Positions 11,269 to 24,770 of a stretch of DNA of 64,000 bases are shown in pieces. Origin of the DNA: Sphyrna mokarran (Eukaryota); NCBI GenBank assembly GCA_024679065.1, contig JAGIQG010000009.1, positions 51,584,001 through 51,648,000 on the forward strand. Direction: 5' to 3'. Numbering within the stretch: the stretch's first letter is position 1; each line of letters opens with the position of its first letter. The notes under the pieces are model-generated. The model was given only the letters and a program-made list of their open reading frames with translations, ran no database searches and was not told where the DNA came from. The position numbers were made by a program, and so were the translations under genes.

Positions 11269-13380
11269 CTGAAATTGCAAAAGTAAAAAAGGATTTTAGT
11301 TTCAGTTTTGTCAATTGCAAATCGCAAAACACTTGCAATGTAGTTTCTCCTCAGTCTTCACTTTTTCTTATGGCTAGTGTACAGCTTCTCCAGGTCTGAA
11401 GAAGTCATATTGAACTGCATACAAATTGGTACAGAGTATATGAAATTAGAGAGGTGAACGCGTGGCTCAAAAACTGATATAGGTGATGTGGGAGAGATGC
11501 GTTCCAATTTGTGGGGCACTGGCACCAGTACTGGGAAAAATTAGGTGGGGGGGTACCATTTCAACGGTCTACACTTGAACCGTGCTGGAACTAGTGTTCT
11601 TGTGAGATCCACAATTACAGAGATAGAGAAGGCCTAAAACTAAATAGTGGGCGCAAGGAACCAAACATGGAAAGATGTATACATCAAAGAATAAAGGCAA
11701 AAGGTAAGAGAAGAAAGTAAATAATGGTCAGAAATAATGGAAAGAAATGAGGGTCAGGAAATGGCAGGAAAGAGGGGATGATAGTTTTCCTACCTCATCC
11801 ATCAAGCAATTATAGTGGACAGGATAGGAAAGTTCTCGCTGCCCCCCCCAACCCCGCCTCTATCCTATCCTGCCCTTTCCCACATTATGGAAATCGTGGA
11901 AAGGCCCGTTGACCTCAGGTATGATTTTTTGGTTTTGGGGCAAGCGCGGCTGGAAAATCCTGTCCTAGATTTCACAAAGACAACAAAAAGACAAAAACAT
12001 TAGGTTCGCTATCTAAATGCAAATGCTTATAGTATTCAGAACAAAGCAAACAAATTGATAGCGTGCATTTAAATAAATAAATATAACTGATAGCCATTAC
12101 GGAGATATGGCTGCAAAATAATAATGGATTGGAACCTGAATAACAATAGATATGACATTCAAATGAATAAGAGGCTAGGTAAAGGTGGAGGGGTAGCATT
12201 GTTGATCAAGGATGACATTTGTACTATAGTTAAAGACTTTTGGAGTGACCTCAATGTAAAAGGAATCTCTAGGTAGCAGTGACCACAATTTGATTTAATT
12301 TAACATCTAGTATGAAAAGAAGAAGACAGGATCTAAGACTTGTATTTTAAACTTAAATAAGGGCAATTATATGGGCCTGGAAGGTGAGAAGTAAACTGGG
12401 ACATTCGACTAGTGGATAGATCAATACAGAAGCAATGACAGACATTTAAGGGAATATTTCAGAATATTCAGAATAAATATATTTTACTATAAAAAAATAT
12501 TCTAAAGGGAGGACCAACCATCCATGGTTAACTGAAATACTTAGGGAAAGCATCAAACTTAAGGAAAAAGCATAAAGATGGGTGACAAGCTAGGTAGTTG
12601 GTCAGAACGTTGAAGTAATACTGAGCAAACTGAAAGAGATCCAGCCAGACAAGTCTCTGGGTCCAGATGGACTTCATCCCAAGGTCTTAAAGCAGGTGGC
12701 TAATGAGGTGGTAGATGTGCTGATGTCAATCTTTCTAAATTCATTAGCTTCTGAAAAGGTTCCACCAGACTGAAAAGTAGCGAATGTAGCTTCTCTATTC
12801 AAGAAGGGAGGGAGGCAAAAAAATGGGAAACTATAGACCAGTTAGCTTGATATAGGGAAGGTGTTAGAGTTGATCATTAAAAAGGTTATATCTGGGCACT
12901 TAGAAAAGCAATTGGGAATCAAGAAGAGTCAACATAGTTTTGTGAAGGGAAATCATGCTTAATCAATTCAATAGAGTTCTTTGAAGTAATATATTCTATG
13001 GATAAGGGGGACATGTAGATGTACTGTACTAGGATTTTATAAGGTGATCAAAGGTAATCACAGAAAGTGAAAGCTCAAGGTGTAAAGGTTAACAAATCAG
13101 CCTGGATAGAAGGTTGGCTGGCAAGAAGAAAACAGAGTGAATGTGTAAATAGTTCTGTCTAACTGGCAGGATGTGATAAGTGGAACCCTGCAGAAGTCTG
13201 TGCTGAGGCCAAACCTTTTTACAATTTTCACAATCAATGACTTAAAAGAGGGCAGTGAAGGCATGGTAGCAAAATTTACAGACTGCACAAAATTAGGTAG
13301 AAAAATACGTTCTGAAAAAGATACGAGTTTGCAGATGGATATAGATAAGCTGAGTAGGCAAAAATTGGGAGAGAGGGCAT

Positions 13381-16089
13381 TGTTATATTCCCAGTTGATA
13401 TTATAACACGACAAGATTCCAGAATGGAACTCTGGCTTAAAAAAATACAACTTGTACTTTGTTTTATAAAATGAGGAAGAACAGAGTCATAGGATCACTG
13501 ATAATTTCTTTTCTTGTTAAAACTAAAGCACGAAAAGTCAAATTATTATACAATATTAATTTACTCCCCCCTTAATTTAACAAATACACACAGATTTTAA
13601 GATAACATTGATTTCAAAATAGAATGGTCTCATTACTATAAAGTCCCTTTTAAGCACATAGATTGACTGTGATCAAATACTCACACTCCACTCTAAACCC
13701 AAGTTAACTTCTGTGGTTTTCTCCTCAGAAATCCTCCAAATGATTGTAACATGAGAGTTTCTATACACCACTTCCACTTAAAGCACATTTTGAAATCTTC
13801 TCTCATTATAATGCTTTCCCTTAGCAGTTTGCATTCTGGGATCCACTCCAGGTTTTCCAAATGACATTTTTAAACAAAGGTTCTGCTCCACTTCCAAATA
13901 AATTTTTTATTGAAGATTTTCCCCATTTTACAAACAGAACATACTTTCAAGATTGGTACATTATAGCAGAATCATTTTTCCACATATACAGGCAAGAGAG
14001 CACCAATGCAATTGGTTCAAATTATTCATTATTTATTACAAATGGCACCCCCACAAACAATTAAAGTTTGCTTCAGAGATTCAGGGAATAATGAATAACA
14101 AGATAAAGCCATGATTACAGGCATAAAGGTGCATACTCTTGCCCACAGAACACTAGGGCTAGAGCTACGTAATTTATAGAAAACTTTATAGGAATAAGTC
14201 AATGTGGATCCCAACTTCTCACGAGATTCAAAGCAAAATACTTGCTCCGGTTCCACAGAGAACAGGATTTTTTCCCCACCAACATCAAAAAGGAGATGTC
14301 TTATTAAGGATAAAAAGTTAGATGGAGAATCTCGGAAGAGCTGTTAACACAGCTGTCCATGAGGTAACAGGCAGGCACATCAAACATGGTCTCTTTCAGT
14401 TCAAGACACCCATCATTCTCCAGAAGAATTGCTTGAAACAAAGCTTTTGTCAACCCTCTCCCTTTTAAGAGGAGACATGCAAGTGCCATACAGCCTACAC
14501 AGCACACTCTCCAACAAAACTATCATTTGCTTAAGCAAAAGATAGTTTCCTGTACTGCCAATTCCAGGATAATAACTTTTATTTATTTGTCACAAGTAAG
14601 GCTAACATTAACATTGCAATGAAGTAACTGTAAAATTCCCCTTCTCAAGCTCAAGCATTCAAGGATTTAATTTTGACACAGTGCCAAAGGCAAAGTGGAT
14701 AGACTTCCAAACCCACACTGCATCTCTAAAACATCAAGGATAATAATAGGATCAAATCTGTGTTTTAGGATTAAAGTAATGCAGACAGCATGGTGTTCTA
14801 AGCTACATTACCTCACTTCATCGAAGAAGTACGCTGAAGGATGCATTCCATTCAAACAATTGTATTATCTGTCCAGGATTTATAAAGTAGCTACTGCGTA
14901 TTCACCCATGACGACTACAGGGTATTGACAGGTATATAGAAAAGGGTGGATGACAAAAGATTCTTACACTACGCTTAGATGAGCACTATGTTTCCCCATC
15001 TTCAGGTTACACCAGGGGCACCATTGAGACAAAACAATGTCTTTTCCCAGGATATGCGTTGTCTGTACCTTTCCAGGAGTCCATCAAATTCTTTGACCCC
15101 AAAATAATTTAGAAAAAAACAACTAATAGTTCCAAGGGGACTTTGCACCAATTGTGTGGACTCATTGGGCCATACCCACAATCCATACACCAAAGCACCC
15201 ACTCACCTCTCCTACAGTTGGCATTACTCACATTAACTATGACAAGAGTAAAAAATAGAACATACCACCATTAAAAGTGTACAGATTATTAAAAACAGAT
15301 AAATATTGTACAGCACTAGTGTCATACAACCTACCTACTGCGCTACCCAACAAGCTCTTTAAGGATATTAAAACAATAGGATTGAATTTTGACACAAGAC
15401 CAGAAACATTGCAGGTAACCCCCATGCCACCTTGCACCCCAGAACAACAAAAATATAGTAGGATCAAATCTGTGTCCTAAACTTGGAGTAATTAAAGGAA
15501 GACACCGAGGGATGTGTTCTATTATAAACAAGTGGAAATCTCTGTTGTTCAAAGGATAACAAATAAAAATTCGCCTCAATGCTCATGTACTAGATTACCC
15601 TTGACAACATGATAAATAACATCGCAAAATCAAAAAAGAAATTCTGACAAGGGGTAAAGTCCAGGATTAGAGATGAATTGCAGATTATCACTCCAAATTA
15701 TTATCATCCACTGAAAGAGGCCAAACTGTTGAACAACCTTAAGGAGCCACCAGATATCACTTGCAGGATATAAAGATAAAGCAGGGCAAACTACAGTCAG
15801 ATAGCTTTCCAACCTCATTAAAATATTACAAGGGCCACCAGTTGCTAAGCAGCAACTGCTACTTCTATTTACTCTTCACGTTGCAGCCCTCTGTAAGCAC
15901 AATAGAAAGACAGTTGGAACTGAACCAATTCCACATGTACAAATACATTTGTCCAACGTGAATGTAACTGTAGGTTTTACCCTTTTAGGTACAGAAACAT
16001 TAATTTAAGCACACTTAAAACTATATCTTATTTCTAATGCTTACCAATACAAATATAAATCTCTTAAAACAACCTTTGTTTTCCTAACA
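13381..16089 (-). mobile_element. Solo-LTR-like element (TGTTA...TAACA) with an internal insertion
   Basis: Terminal inverted TGTTA/TAACA, near-perfect 4-bp TSD GCAT/GTAT; splits the CR1 RT sequence cleanly. Confidence 0.65.
14576..14642 (-). mobile_element. SINE 3'-tail fragment
   Basis: Reverse complement of the tail of the SINEs at 24468, 29863 and 37908. Confidence 0.8.
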
Positions 16090-19000
16090 GTATAATGTGG
16101 GAAAACGTGAAATTGTTCACTTCGGCAGGAAGAATAATAAAAGCAGAGTATTGCTTAAATAGCGAATGACGGCAGAATCCTGAGGTACAGGAAGATTGAG
16201 GTATTCTTGTGTATGAGTCACAAAATGTTAGCATGCAGGTTCAGCATATAAACAATAAGGCTAAGAGTGTTATCCTTTATTACGAGAGGAATTGAACAGA
16301 AAAACAAGAATATAACGCTTCAGTTATGCAGGGCACTGGTGAGACTGCATCTCGAATAGTGTGCAATTTTATTCTTTTTACTTAAAGAACACGATTACAC
16401 GCTGTACCTGCAACCAAACTGGTGCTAAATGTTGTGCTTGGTGGGAGTGGGGGCGGGGTGGGGGGTGGGGCGAGGTTCTGACTCTTGGGAAACTTAAACC
16501 TCCATCTAAATATCCTGCTCAGGCATACACCATGGAGAGGTCAGGTGACTCCATGACCCACTAACATACATGCACCTATCTCTTTTGAGACAGCAGGCCC
16601 AAGGAGTTAAGGATGTATGTAAATGTATTTGAGGCAGTTCAAAAGTGGTTTACTAGACTGATACTCTAATTGAGTTGGTTGTCTACGAATATAGGTTAGA
16701 CAGGCTGAACTTGCTTCCACTGGAGTTTAAAAGAATGAGTGTGATTTGACTGAAGTACATAAGATCCTGATAGTTTTAACAAGGTAAATGTGAGAAAGAT
16801 GTTTCCTGTAATGGGTGAGTCTTTAACTTAGGACACTTTTTAAATTAGAGATGATGACAATTTCTTTTCACCAAGGGTTTTGCAATTTGAGCTTTCAGCC
16901 TCAGAAGCAGTGGAAGCAGGGTCATTGAATAATTTTAAGGTAGGAGTGGATAGGTTGTTGTTATGCAAGGGAATTAAAGAGTGTGTGGAAATGTAGAACT
17001 CAAAATGATCAGAACAGCTATGATATTATTGAATGGCGGGGGAGGCTTGAGGAGCCAAATAGCCCCTCTTAAATCTGTTTGGAAATTCGATTTGAAGCAT
17101 TAATTCTGTTTCTTTCTCCACAGATGCTGCCAGACCTGCTTAAGTCTCCAACAGTTTTTTATTTTTATTTAATTATTACCAGCAGCCCTCTGATATTTCT
17201 GAATGGGCTTAATCAAGCGTTAATTATTTATCATTACCAGCTAACAATAAACTCTTAGGAATGTATCAATCCAGAGGTGGGGTCCAGGTTTGTTCCTGCA
17301 ATTTCCTAATTTTAATCACACAACTAGAGGCAGCTGCCAAGTAATATCAAGGAACACCCAACAGTATTTTAATAATGCCCTGTCACATGCTGCTGGAAAG
17401 CTGGGATAACACTGCCCCCCTAATTAAGGTTAAACTCCTCCCCAAATTTGGTGAATCAGAAGCTGCTGCATTCCTAGAGGAACCATTGTCTATCCAGGGC
17501 TCTCTATTTACACAGGCCTACACAGTATTAGCAGGCTATTCCACAAGGCAGAGCATCATTCATATTATTGCAATCAGGAGAGGAAATTCTGATTGTGCTT
17601 CATGTTAGGGAGGAAAGTCAATTGTACCACTCCAGTAGCTGTGATCAGTTAACTCTTATACTAAAAAGTGCAATCAAGATTTGCTCGTGTGTGTCTTGAT
17701 ACCAGATCATGGTACACTTTCCTCAAAGCCATGAAGAAACCTTCAAAATACTTCTTATAATAAAGCAGTAGTAGTCAAAATGGTCTGGCTACCATTCACC
17801 CGAAAGTCTCAGCAGACATGCTTCTTCCCATGCTCCGAGATTCTGTCTATGGACTACCTGGCTATTGACCAAACTAGTTGCCTTGCTCCTTCTTGCTTTG
17901 CAGTAAAAGGGTGCAACAAGATTCAATTGAAGGTCAATCTAACTGAATTCCAATCCCAGAGTGAATACATTCAATCAAAACAGAAAACTTATTGCCCTTT
18001 CTTCCTGTGGCAACTTTCCTGGTAACAATTGGCTCCAGTGATACAATTGAAATTATAGAAAATAAAAGACAGACATGCATTACATAACTTACTGTAAGCT
18101 ACAGACCTCCTAATCAATCACACCATTCATGACTCTAGCTTTTAAGCAAGACTTTGGTTTGGAATATGCTCCTTATTAATATGATCTAAAATAAAACTAG
18201 TTAAATTGGCTTAGATTGTTCATAAATGGTTGAAACTTCAATATATGGTCACAGTGAAAATTATTCTGCACTCCAAGCGTAAACCTGCATTTCTGAACCT
18301 CCCAAAACTGTCAACACTTTTAGAACTGTAATGAATCACAAGATTTATAGAGCGTTTTTGAGTCAATTACTGCTGTATTTTAAAACACTATTAGAGAACA
18401 ATTCATAAATTCATTGTTGCACAAACGCTTAAAAAAAGCAAATATTTTACATTCCAAGTTATAAGCACATTAAAACAAATTACTTCTATTTGTAATTGTT
18501 ATGTCAAGCCTTTAAAGTTTGTCTTCACCTTCCTGCCCCAAACCCTGTCCACCCCAAAAAAATTATCTCTCTTATCCTTCATTGAATTCATGTTTGCTCC
18601 ACCGCTGCTGACTACCTTGTAGAATCTGACCCAAGAAGTCATTTTTGGCTGAAGAAACTAATGCTTGTGGACCAATAACTGTGGATCGCACTTCAGCTGA
18701 GCCCGATGTTGTCCTTACCCAACAGACATATCCAGGAAGAGTCAGTAGACAGTAAGCAAGACTAGGTACACAAATTGGTTTTGTTTCCCTCTTAAGGCAA
18801 TGAAGTCAATTATAAAATCCCAACTATTGTCCCAGAAGATCAGCCAACTGAGTAGATAAGCAATAGAACTGGAGTCGTCATCTAATCTACATGACTTAGC
18901 AGTACATTGGGCAGTCTCTTCATTGAGTGAGCCTACCAAGGACCACAGAATACTGCTGATATTTTGTTTTAAACTCGTGTGCCTACAGAGTGCAACTCAC

Positions 19001-19871
19001 ATTCCACAACACGTGTTCCCTACCAGCCGTGGAGAGATCTTGTAACATGATGGAATCCTGTCATTATCTGTCTTCACTTTCACTCTTAATACACTGGGTT
19101 ACATTCCCTGAATAAGTGCCAAACTACTAGAAGGTCAAAATCTAAAGGTGAAGATTTAAATTCTTTTATACATAGTGTTTTAAAAATGCTTTTTACAGCT
19201 TGATATTAAAGGACAAACAATTTGTGTTTAAATAATTTTTATTTAAACTGGAACTCTTAATAACTGAGTGGGTAAATGCACTGCATGATACAATGACACA
19301 CAGTAGGTAGGTCCAAGCTGTAAGTTAACCAATTCAGGGCCACAATGTACATGTCAGTATCATTTGAACTAGGAAGCAAAAAACCCAGCCAGCATTTCCA
19401 GTGATCTTTGTGAGAAAGTTAAGTGAAAGTGGACAGGAAACCCTGAAGAAGTACAACAATGCAATCTAGACTTGGGGAGAAGAGCTTCAGTTCCTCAGAT
19501 GACACCAATCCCTTGGTGCCTCAACCAAATGTTTATTCTTTATGTGAACAGAGAAAAAGTGAACGTTATTAAACTATTCAACTGTGGAGAGAACCACAGT
19601 TCTGTCATATCTTGTCATTATCAGATGTCTACACACATGCAGTTGACTGGAATCACTGGATGATGTTAAAGAACAAATTCAGGTTATTTCTCCTCCACTG
19701 CTGCCTCTGGCTAAAAGCAGTGAACAGGGGCAGTGAATTAAGGGACATTCCTGGTCAAAATAATTTGGTTCTACTTCCCAATTGAACCACAGAAAAGCTA
19801 ATTTGAAAACATAAAATAATTGCACTCATTGAACATTATGACAACCTAAACAAAGTAAATTCTAGACCTAC

Positions 19872-19956
19872 CAGTGCAAGTTTGAACCCATTTAGTGTGG
19901 GATTAATTGTCAGCTTGATACACGTAGGTAATAGTGTCAGAAGTGTGGCAGCAAAA
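19872..19956 (-). CDS. ALG6: ALG6 coding exon 10 (85 nt): FAATLLTLLPTCIKLTINPTLNGFKLAL
   Basis: Acceptor TTTTTCAG, donor GTAGGT; similar to human [28 protein letters not shown]. Confidence 0.93.
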
Positions 19957-21390
19957 CTGAAAAACAAAACAACATTGTTAAACCAGTAACACATAAAATA
20001 GCAACACATCAAATGCAAAATAGGCAATAATACTTCAAAATTAATTAATGGAGAGGAAGAGTGGTGGGGCTGACTTACCTCATAACATTGCTTTCTTTTG
20101 AGAAAGATCCTACATCAAATCAGTCTCTTCTTGATATGTTACTGGAGACTAGGGAATTGGCATCTGCACTTAACATCAAATGCCAACCTACTCAACTGCA
20201 AGAATTTTACCCATAGTAAGGAAGAATGAGCACACCATCATTTTAGAACTAATTTTGAGGAAAATCTTCTGGAGCTATAAATAACATCCACAAATTGAGC
20301 ATCTGATTGGCGATAAGAATATGGTGCATTTTTTTCTTTCTAGAGGTCTCTGCTACTAAAGATACAGGATATCAGTCTGGGAAATAAGAAAACTGAAGTA
20401 CCAGTCCAGAAAACCATCATCCCTTATCAATCATTTGTCTAATTTTCCCTTGACGCACAGTAAATGTTCCATAACAGTCTGCCTTAGCTCCAACCTTACA
20501 ATACAGTATGGCCATTTTCCAGTCTTGTGGTTGTCTAGTATAGTTGCAATTTATCTGTGACAATTTTTTCCTATAAACCTATGCCCAGTAGAAACTAGAC
20601 TGGCATCATCCAAATAGTCCCATTGCCAGTAGGAAAAAAAGAATTTTAGTCCTTTCAGCTGGATTTCCCCCATAGGGGAAAATACATACAAAGACACTGA
20701 CCTGTACAAACAAAAATAAATTCTAGTTTTTGATACAGTAATTCACTTTTTTCTTTCCTACTTCTTCTGAAGCCTCGTTGTCTCAAGTTCTGACAGTCCA
20801 TTGTGTGTGTTCATGCTTCTATTCTTCATGTAGAGAGCATATCACGTAGCGAGCCTCCACCTACCATTGGCAAATCAGCACTTCTCTTTTGTAGCTAATA
20901 TATGGATTATCTCCTCAGTAGAAGAGAGCAATGAGGTCAATTGTTAATGTCATATTAGCTGTAACCAGTGAACTTAAACTATCAGGGGTCACAGCTTCTT
21001 AGTCCATATAGCACAGCACTACATGAGGCAGCGTATTTGTCTGCTGAGTTATTGCAAGGACATTAAAAGGCTAAATTTAGGATCACTTGCAATGAGCATT
21101 CACAAACTACACAGTCCGGCCATTTAAATCAGTCACTAATAATCCATTTACTCTAACCAATAGGCAAATCAAATATTGTCCAAACTAAATATTGTAAAAT
21201 GAAAATGATTTTGTATCTATGCGTGTTTTATAGAAGTTGTGAATTTGAAATACACACTTTTGCAAATATCTAATTGATGATTCATGTTAATATTTTACAG
21301 ATAATTTTTAGTTCTGTGAAAATTAAAATTTAACTATTGAAAGTGGGATAAATGGATCTAAACTATTTGGAGTCCATTACACTCAAAAAG

Positions 21391-22038
21391 GTTATGGGGC
21401 CACGTTGACCTAAGGGGACAACAGATAGAAAGGCGAGATCCTAAATCAGTAAGTGAGATTACTGATTTGGGGCACTAGAGGCATAGTGTCTACACACTGC
21501 TTGCAGAGAAGGGCAGTCCAGAGGTCTTTTGCTTTGGGTGTTAGAACTAAATTAGTTTGAAAGCACTCCATAACCCTTAAAGGTTATATCATCATGGAGA
21601 TGAGTGGAGTTTAAGTAGGTTCTTTCATTTCAATTTATCTGGCGATTTGATCAGAGGAGTTGGTTACAGTTTGGACCTCATGTGGTTTGCAGTTCAAAGA
21701 AAAGCCCTGGGAGTCATTTGGTGTAGTTAGGGTTCAGAGATGTTCTGAAGAGATGAGGCGGTTGGAGAACAAGTCTCCCGCACTGCAGCTAAGATGCTAT
21801 CAAGACTCATGGCCTTTGCTGCACGAAGTTCACCCAGCTGTTTCCTGATATCATATGGAGTGAACTGAAGTGGTTGTAGACTGGAATCTACGATGCTGGG
21901 GACTCCAGGAGGCGGCTAAGGTGGATCATTCAACGGCACTTCTGGCTGAAGATGATGCAAACATTTGAGCCTTCTCTGAATGATGATTTGTGCATGATAA
22001 TGGAGAATCGTTAGCATCTATCGAACCATATCATAACA
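21391..22038 (+). mobile_element. Possible solo LTR
   Basis: Inverted ends GTTATG...CATAAC(A), ~650 bp, non-coding; TSD unclear. Confidence 0.35.
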
Positions 22039-22228
22039 CAAGTTACCATCTTTAGGAAAGGTGGTAAAAGAGTTTGAATGAGAGTTATGAACCCACAAGG
22101 ATTAACATAATTATGTTAATTACAATTACCTAAAAATGGGGACGAGCGGGGACATTATGCTGGTGATGAAAAGAAAACAATGAAATGTCTTCATGATGTA
22201 ATATAGATCGACAAGAGCAGAGCATTAC

Positions 22229-22314
22229 CTGAGCCAAATCTGGGTTAAAGGTGATAAAACCTTCTTCACCTTCAATATAACAGATAAACTGCACCACACA
22301 TTTGCGACTTTATC
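22229..22314 (-). CDS. ALG6: ALG6 coding exon 9 (86 nt): DKVANVWCSLSVILKVKKVLSPLTQIWL
   Basis: Acceptor AAATAG, donor GTAATG; DKVANxWCS motif. Confidence 0.94.
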
Positions 22315-23579
22315 CTATTTAGAAAAAGATATAAATCATCATCAGATGCAACATGCAAATTATTTCATCAAGTTCCTGTGGCATGGTAAACTACAACAAG
22401 GATCAGAAACAAAACGAGTTGGATCCCAATTTTTAAACAGCTTCACCTCAGTGATGTCACATGACCACAGTTGCCATTTGCTTACTTCCTTGCTCTTCCA
22501 CTGATAGTGAAATAATACCAAGTATGGGATCCTGTGGATCATGCAAATTGTGGACAGCGCTTGCACAGGGGGTGTCGTTCAGCAAATATGCACTCAAATA
22601 AGAGAGATGGATATTGAGACAAGGCCTTCTAAAAGATAGAAAAGTTTTAGAAAAGTGCAACAATGATGAACCAAGGATTTAGAACATTAGATAATGAAAA
22701 AACAAGCTACGAAAAGTAGAATTATTTTTATTGTCAGAAAAATTAGGTTAGAAAGCATAGAATGAAAATGGCCAACAAATTCATCACTCCTTCCACACAG
22801 TATGTACAATCTGCTCAATCATGGACTCCATTTCTTCCATTTAACATTGAGACATAAATATTCTGGAACATTTATCTATTCTGTTACTATCCATGGACAA
22901 TAGCCTTTTGTCACGCAGCAAGACAGGAACCACTGTAGTCCATTATTACATGTCCAATCAGATATTTATCTGAATCCTTTGTGGAGGAGTTAATTTATTC
23001 AGCTTCATCAGCTTTTGCTGAATCTGTTCCACGTGATTGAAAACCATTGATAAACAAGTTAGCTTTCTTAAGTAATGAGTGCATTACTGGAGAAACAAAT
23101 GTATTGTTTAAAAAAAACGTTTCTTGCCCAGAGAACTGAGCATCCGGAATAATTATCCAGCAAAAACAGAATAACTTCTTCAGTCAGGAGTTAAGTAAAT
23201 TCTGATTAAGAATGGAATTGAGAATGACAAAAAGTACACAATGAATTCATGAATGATGCACAAAGTATTATAGTTCCTACACTACTGTGGTCAATTTTAC
23301 CCATGGAATTCAGTTTGGATTTACTAACACAATGGCAGTTTTACATTGAGAAGAGGCACCAAACTATCAATGTCCTCTGTTAGGGAATTCATATTGTTGA
23401 TAGAAGGGTTGCCTGTGGTAACAGATTGAAAGGTTGTATGTTATTTTCTAGTTCCAATTAAGATTGAGCTATTTTAATTTTTTTTTCCAGATATAGACTA
23501 AAATTTGATGATCCTGCTGTAGAACCTAAACAAAGGCCCCAGCTTACTGATTGGATGAGGAATTTAGGACACAGATTTA

Positions 23580-24212
23580 CAGTTTTGGGCAAGAGATACA
23601 AGGGGGAAGTTTTTTTTAAAACACAGCAAGCGCTAACAGCCTGGAACTCGCTATCTACGAAGATAGTTGAATAGAAGGTGACCAATGATTTCAAAAGGAA
23701 ATTGAATGGACACAAGGAATATAAACTTGCATGATGAAGGGGACAGAGTGGGGGGGAGAGTATTGACTGGATTGCCCAAAGAACTGGCATGGACTCAATT
23801 GGCTGAATGGCTTTCTTCTGTGCCATAATGAGTCTTTGAATTTATAGCTATATTTTCGCCATTATTATCTTAATATGTCCCACTTAGCACAATAGTACAT
23901 CACAACATTTCTTTTTCCCAGGGCTGAAATGGTTGCCACAAGAGGACATAGGTTTAATGTGCTGGGGAGTAGATACAGAGGAAATGTAAGGAGTAATTTT
24001 TTCACTCAGAGTGGTGGGTGTGTGGAATGGGCTGCCGGCAGCAGTGGTGGAAGCAGATTCAATAGGATCTTTTAAGAGACTTTTAGATAAGTACATGGAA
24101 CTTAGTAAGGTAGAGAGTTATAAGTAGGCCTAGTAATCTAAGGTCGGGACATGTTCCACACAACTTTGTGGGCCGAAGGGCCTGTACTGTGCTGTAATTT
24201 CTCTATGTTGAC
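23580..24212 (+). mobile_element. Two adjacent CR1 3' fragments
   Basis: RGHRF...FFTQRVV...WNGLPAAVVEA remnant; 3' tail gggccgaagggcctgtactgtgctgtaatttctctatg. Confidence 0.8.
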
Positions 24213-24467
24213 ATTTCTAACATTGCAATCTGTGATGTGGTCCCGCCACTGTGTTAAAAGGACAGATTAATGAAACATCTAGAAGGATAAAGCAAGGCAA
24301 AGATGAGATGTCACATATTCTGAACAGCAGCAATACTGTAGAACACTGTAATTTTTAACCCCATGATGTATCAGATTCTGGGATCATATCCGTCCTCAAT
24401 CTTAATAAAAACAATGTTAATTCCCCTCATTGTTCACTTTTGTTTTCTTTGGTAGTTATTGAATACC

Positions 24468-24770
24468 AGCAGCACGGTTGCACAGTGGTTAGCACTGCTG
24501 CCTCACAGGACCAGGAACTTGGGTTCGATTCCCAGCTTGAACCACTGTCTGTGCGGAGTCTGCACATTCTCTCCATGTCTGCATGGCTTTTCTCCAGATA
24601 CTCCAATTTTCTCCCATAGTTTGAAAGATGCGCTACTTTGGTGCTTTGCCATGCTAAATTGTCCTTCAGTGTACCTGAACCGGTGCTGGAGTGTGGCAAT
24701 CAGGAGATTTTCACAGCAACTTCATTGCAGTGTTAATGTAAGCCTACTTGTGACCATAATAAATTAATAA
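24468..24770 (+). mobile_element. tRNA-derived HE1-like SINE, tail type B
   Basis: A-box cacagtggttagc, B-box gggttcgattccc; tail ttttcacagcaacttcattgcagtgttaatgtaagcctacttgtga..aataaa. Confidence 0.85.

Larger units (their letters stand above)
11420..17070 (+). mobile_element. Long degenerate CR1 LINE (ORF1 esterase end, ORF2 EN+RT, 3'UTR), interrupted by nested insertions
   Basis: GLHLN (~11567), AITEIWL (~12093), GPDGLHPKVL (~12660), NYRPVSL (~12830), KFTDCTKL (~13272); resumes YNVGK after 16090; 3' end ~17060. Confidence 0.85.

Noticed and set aside
24468-24545. tRNA gene
   Set aside because: The A/B boxes belong to a SINE head followed by SINE body and tail; the same applies to the other copies.
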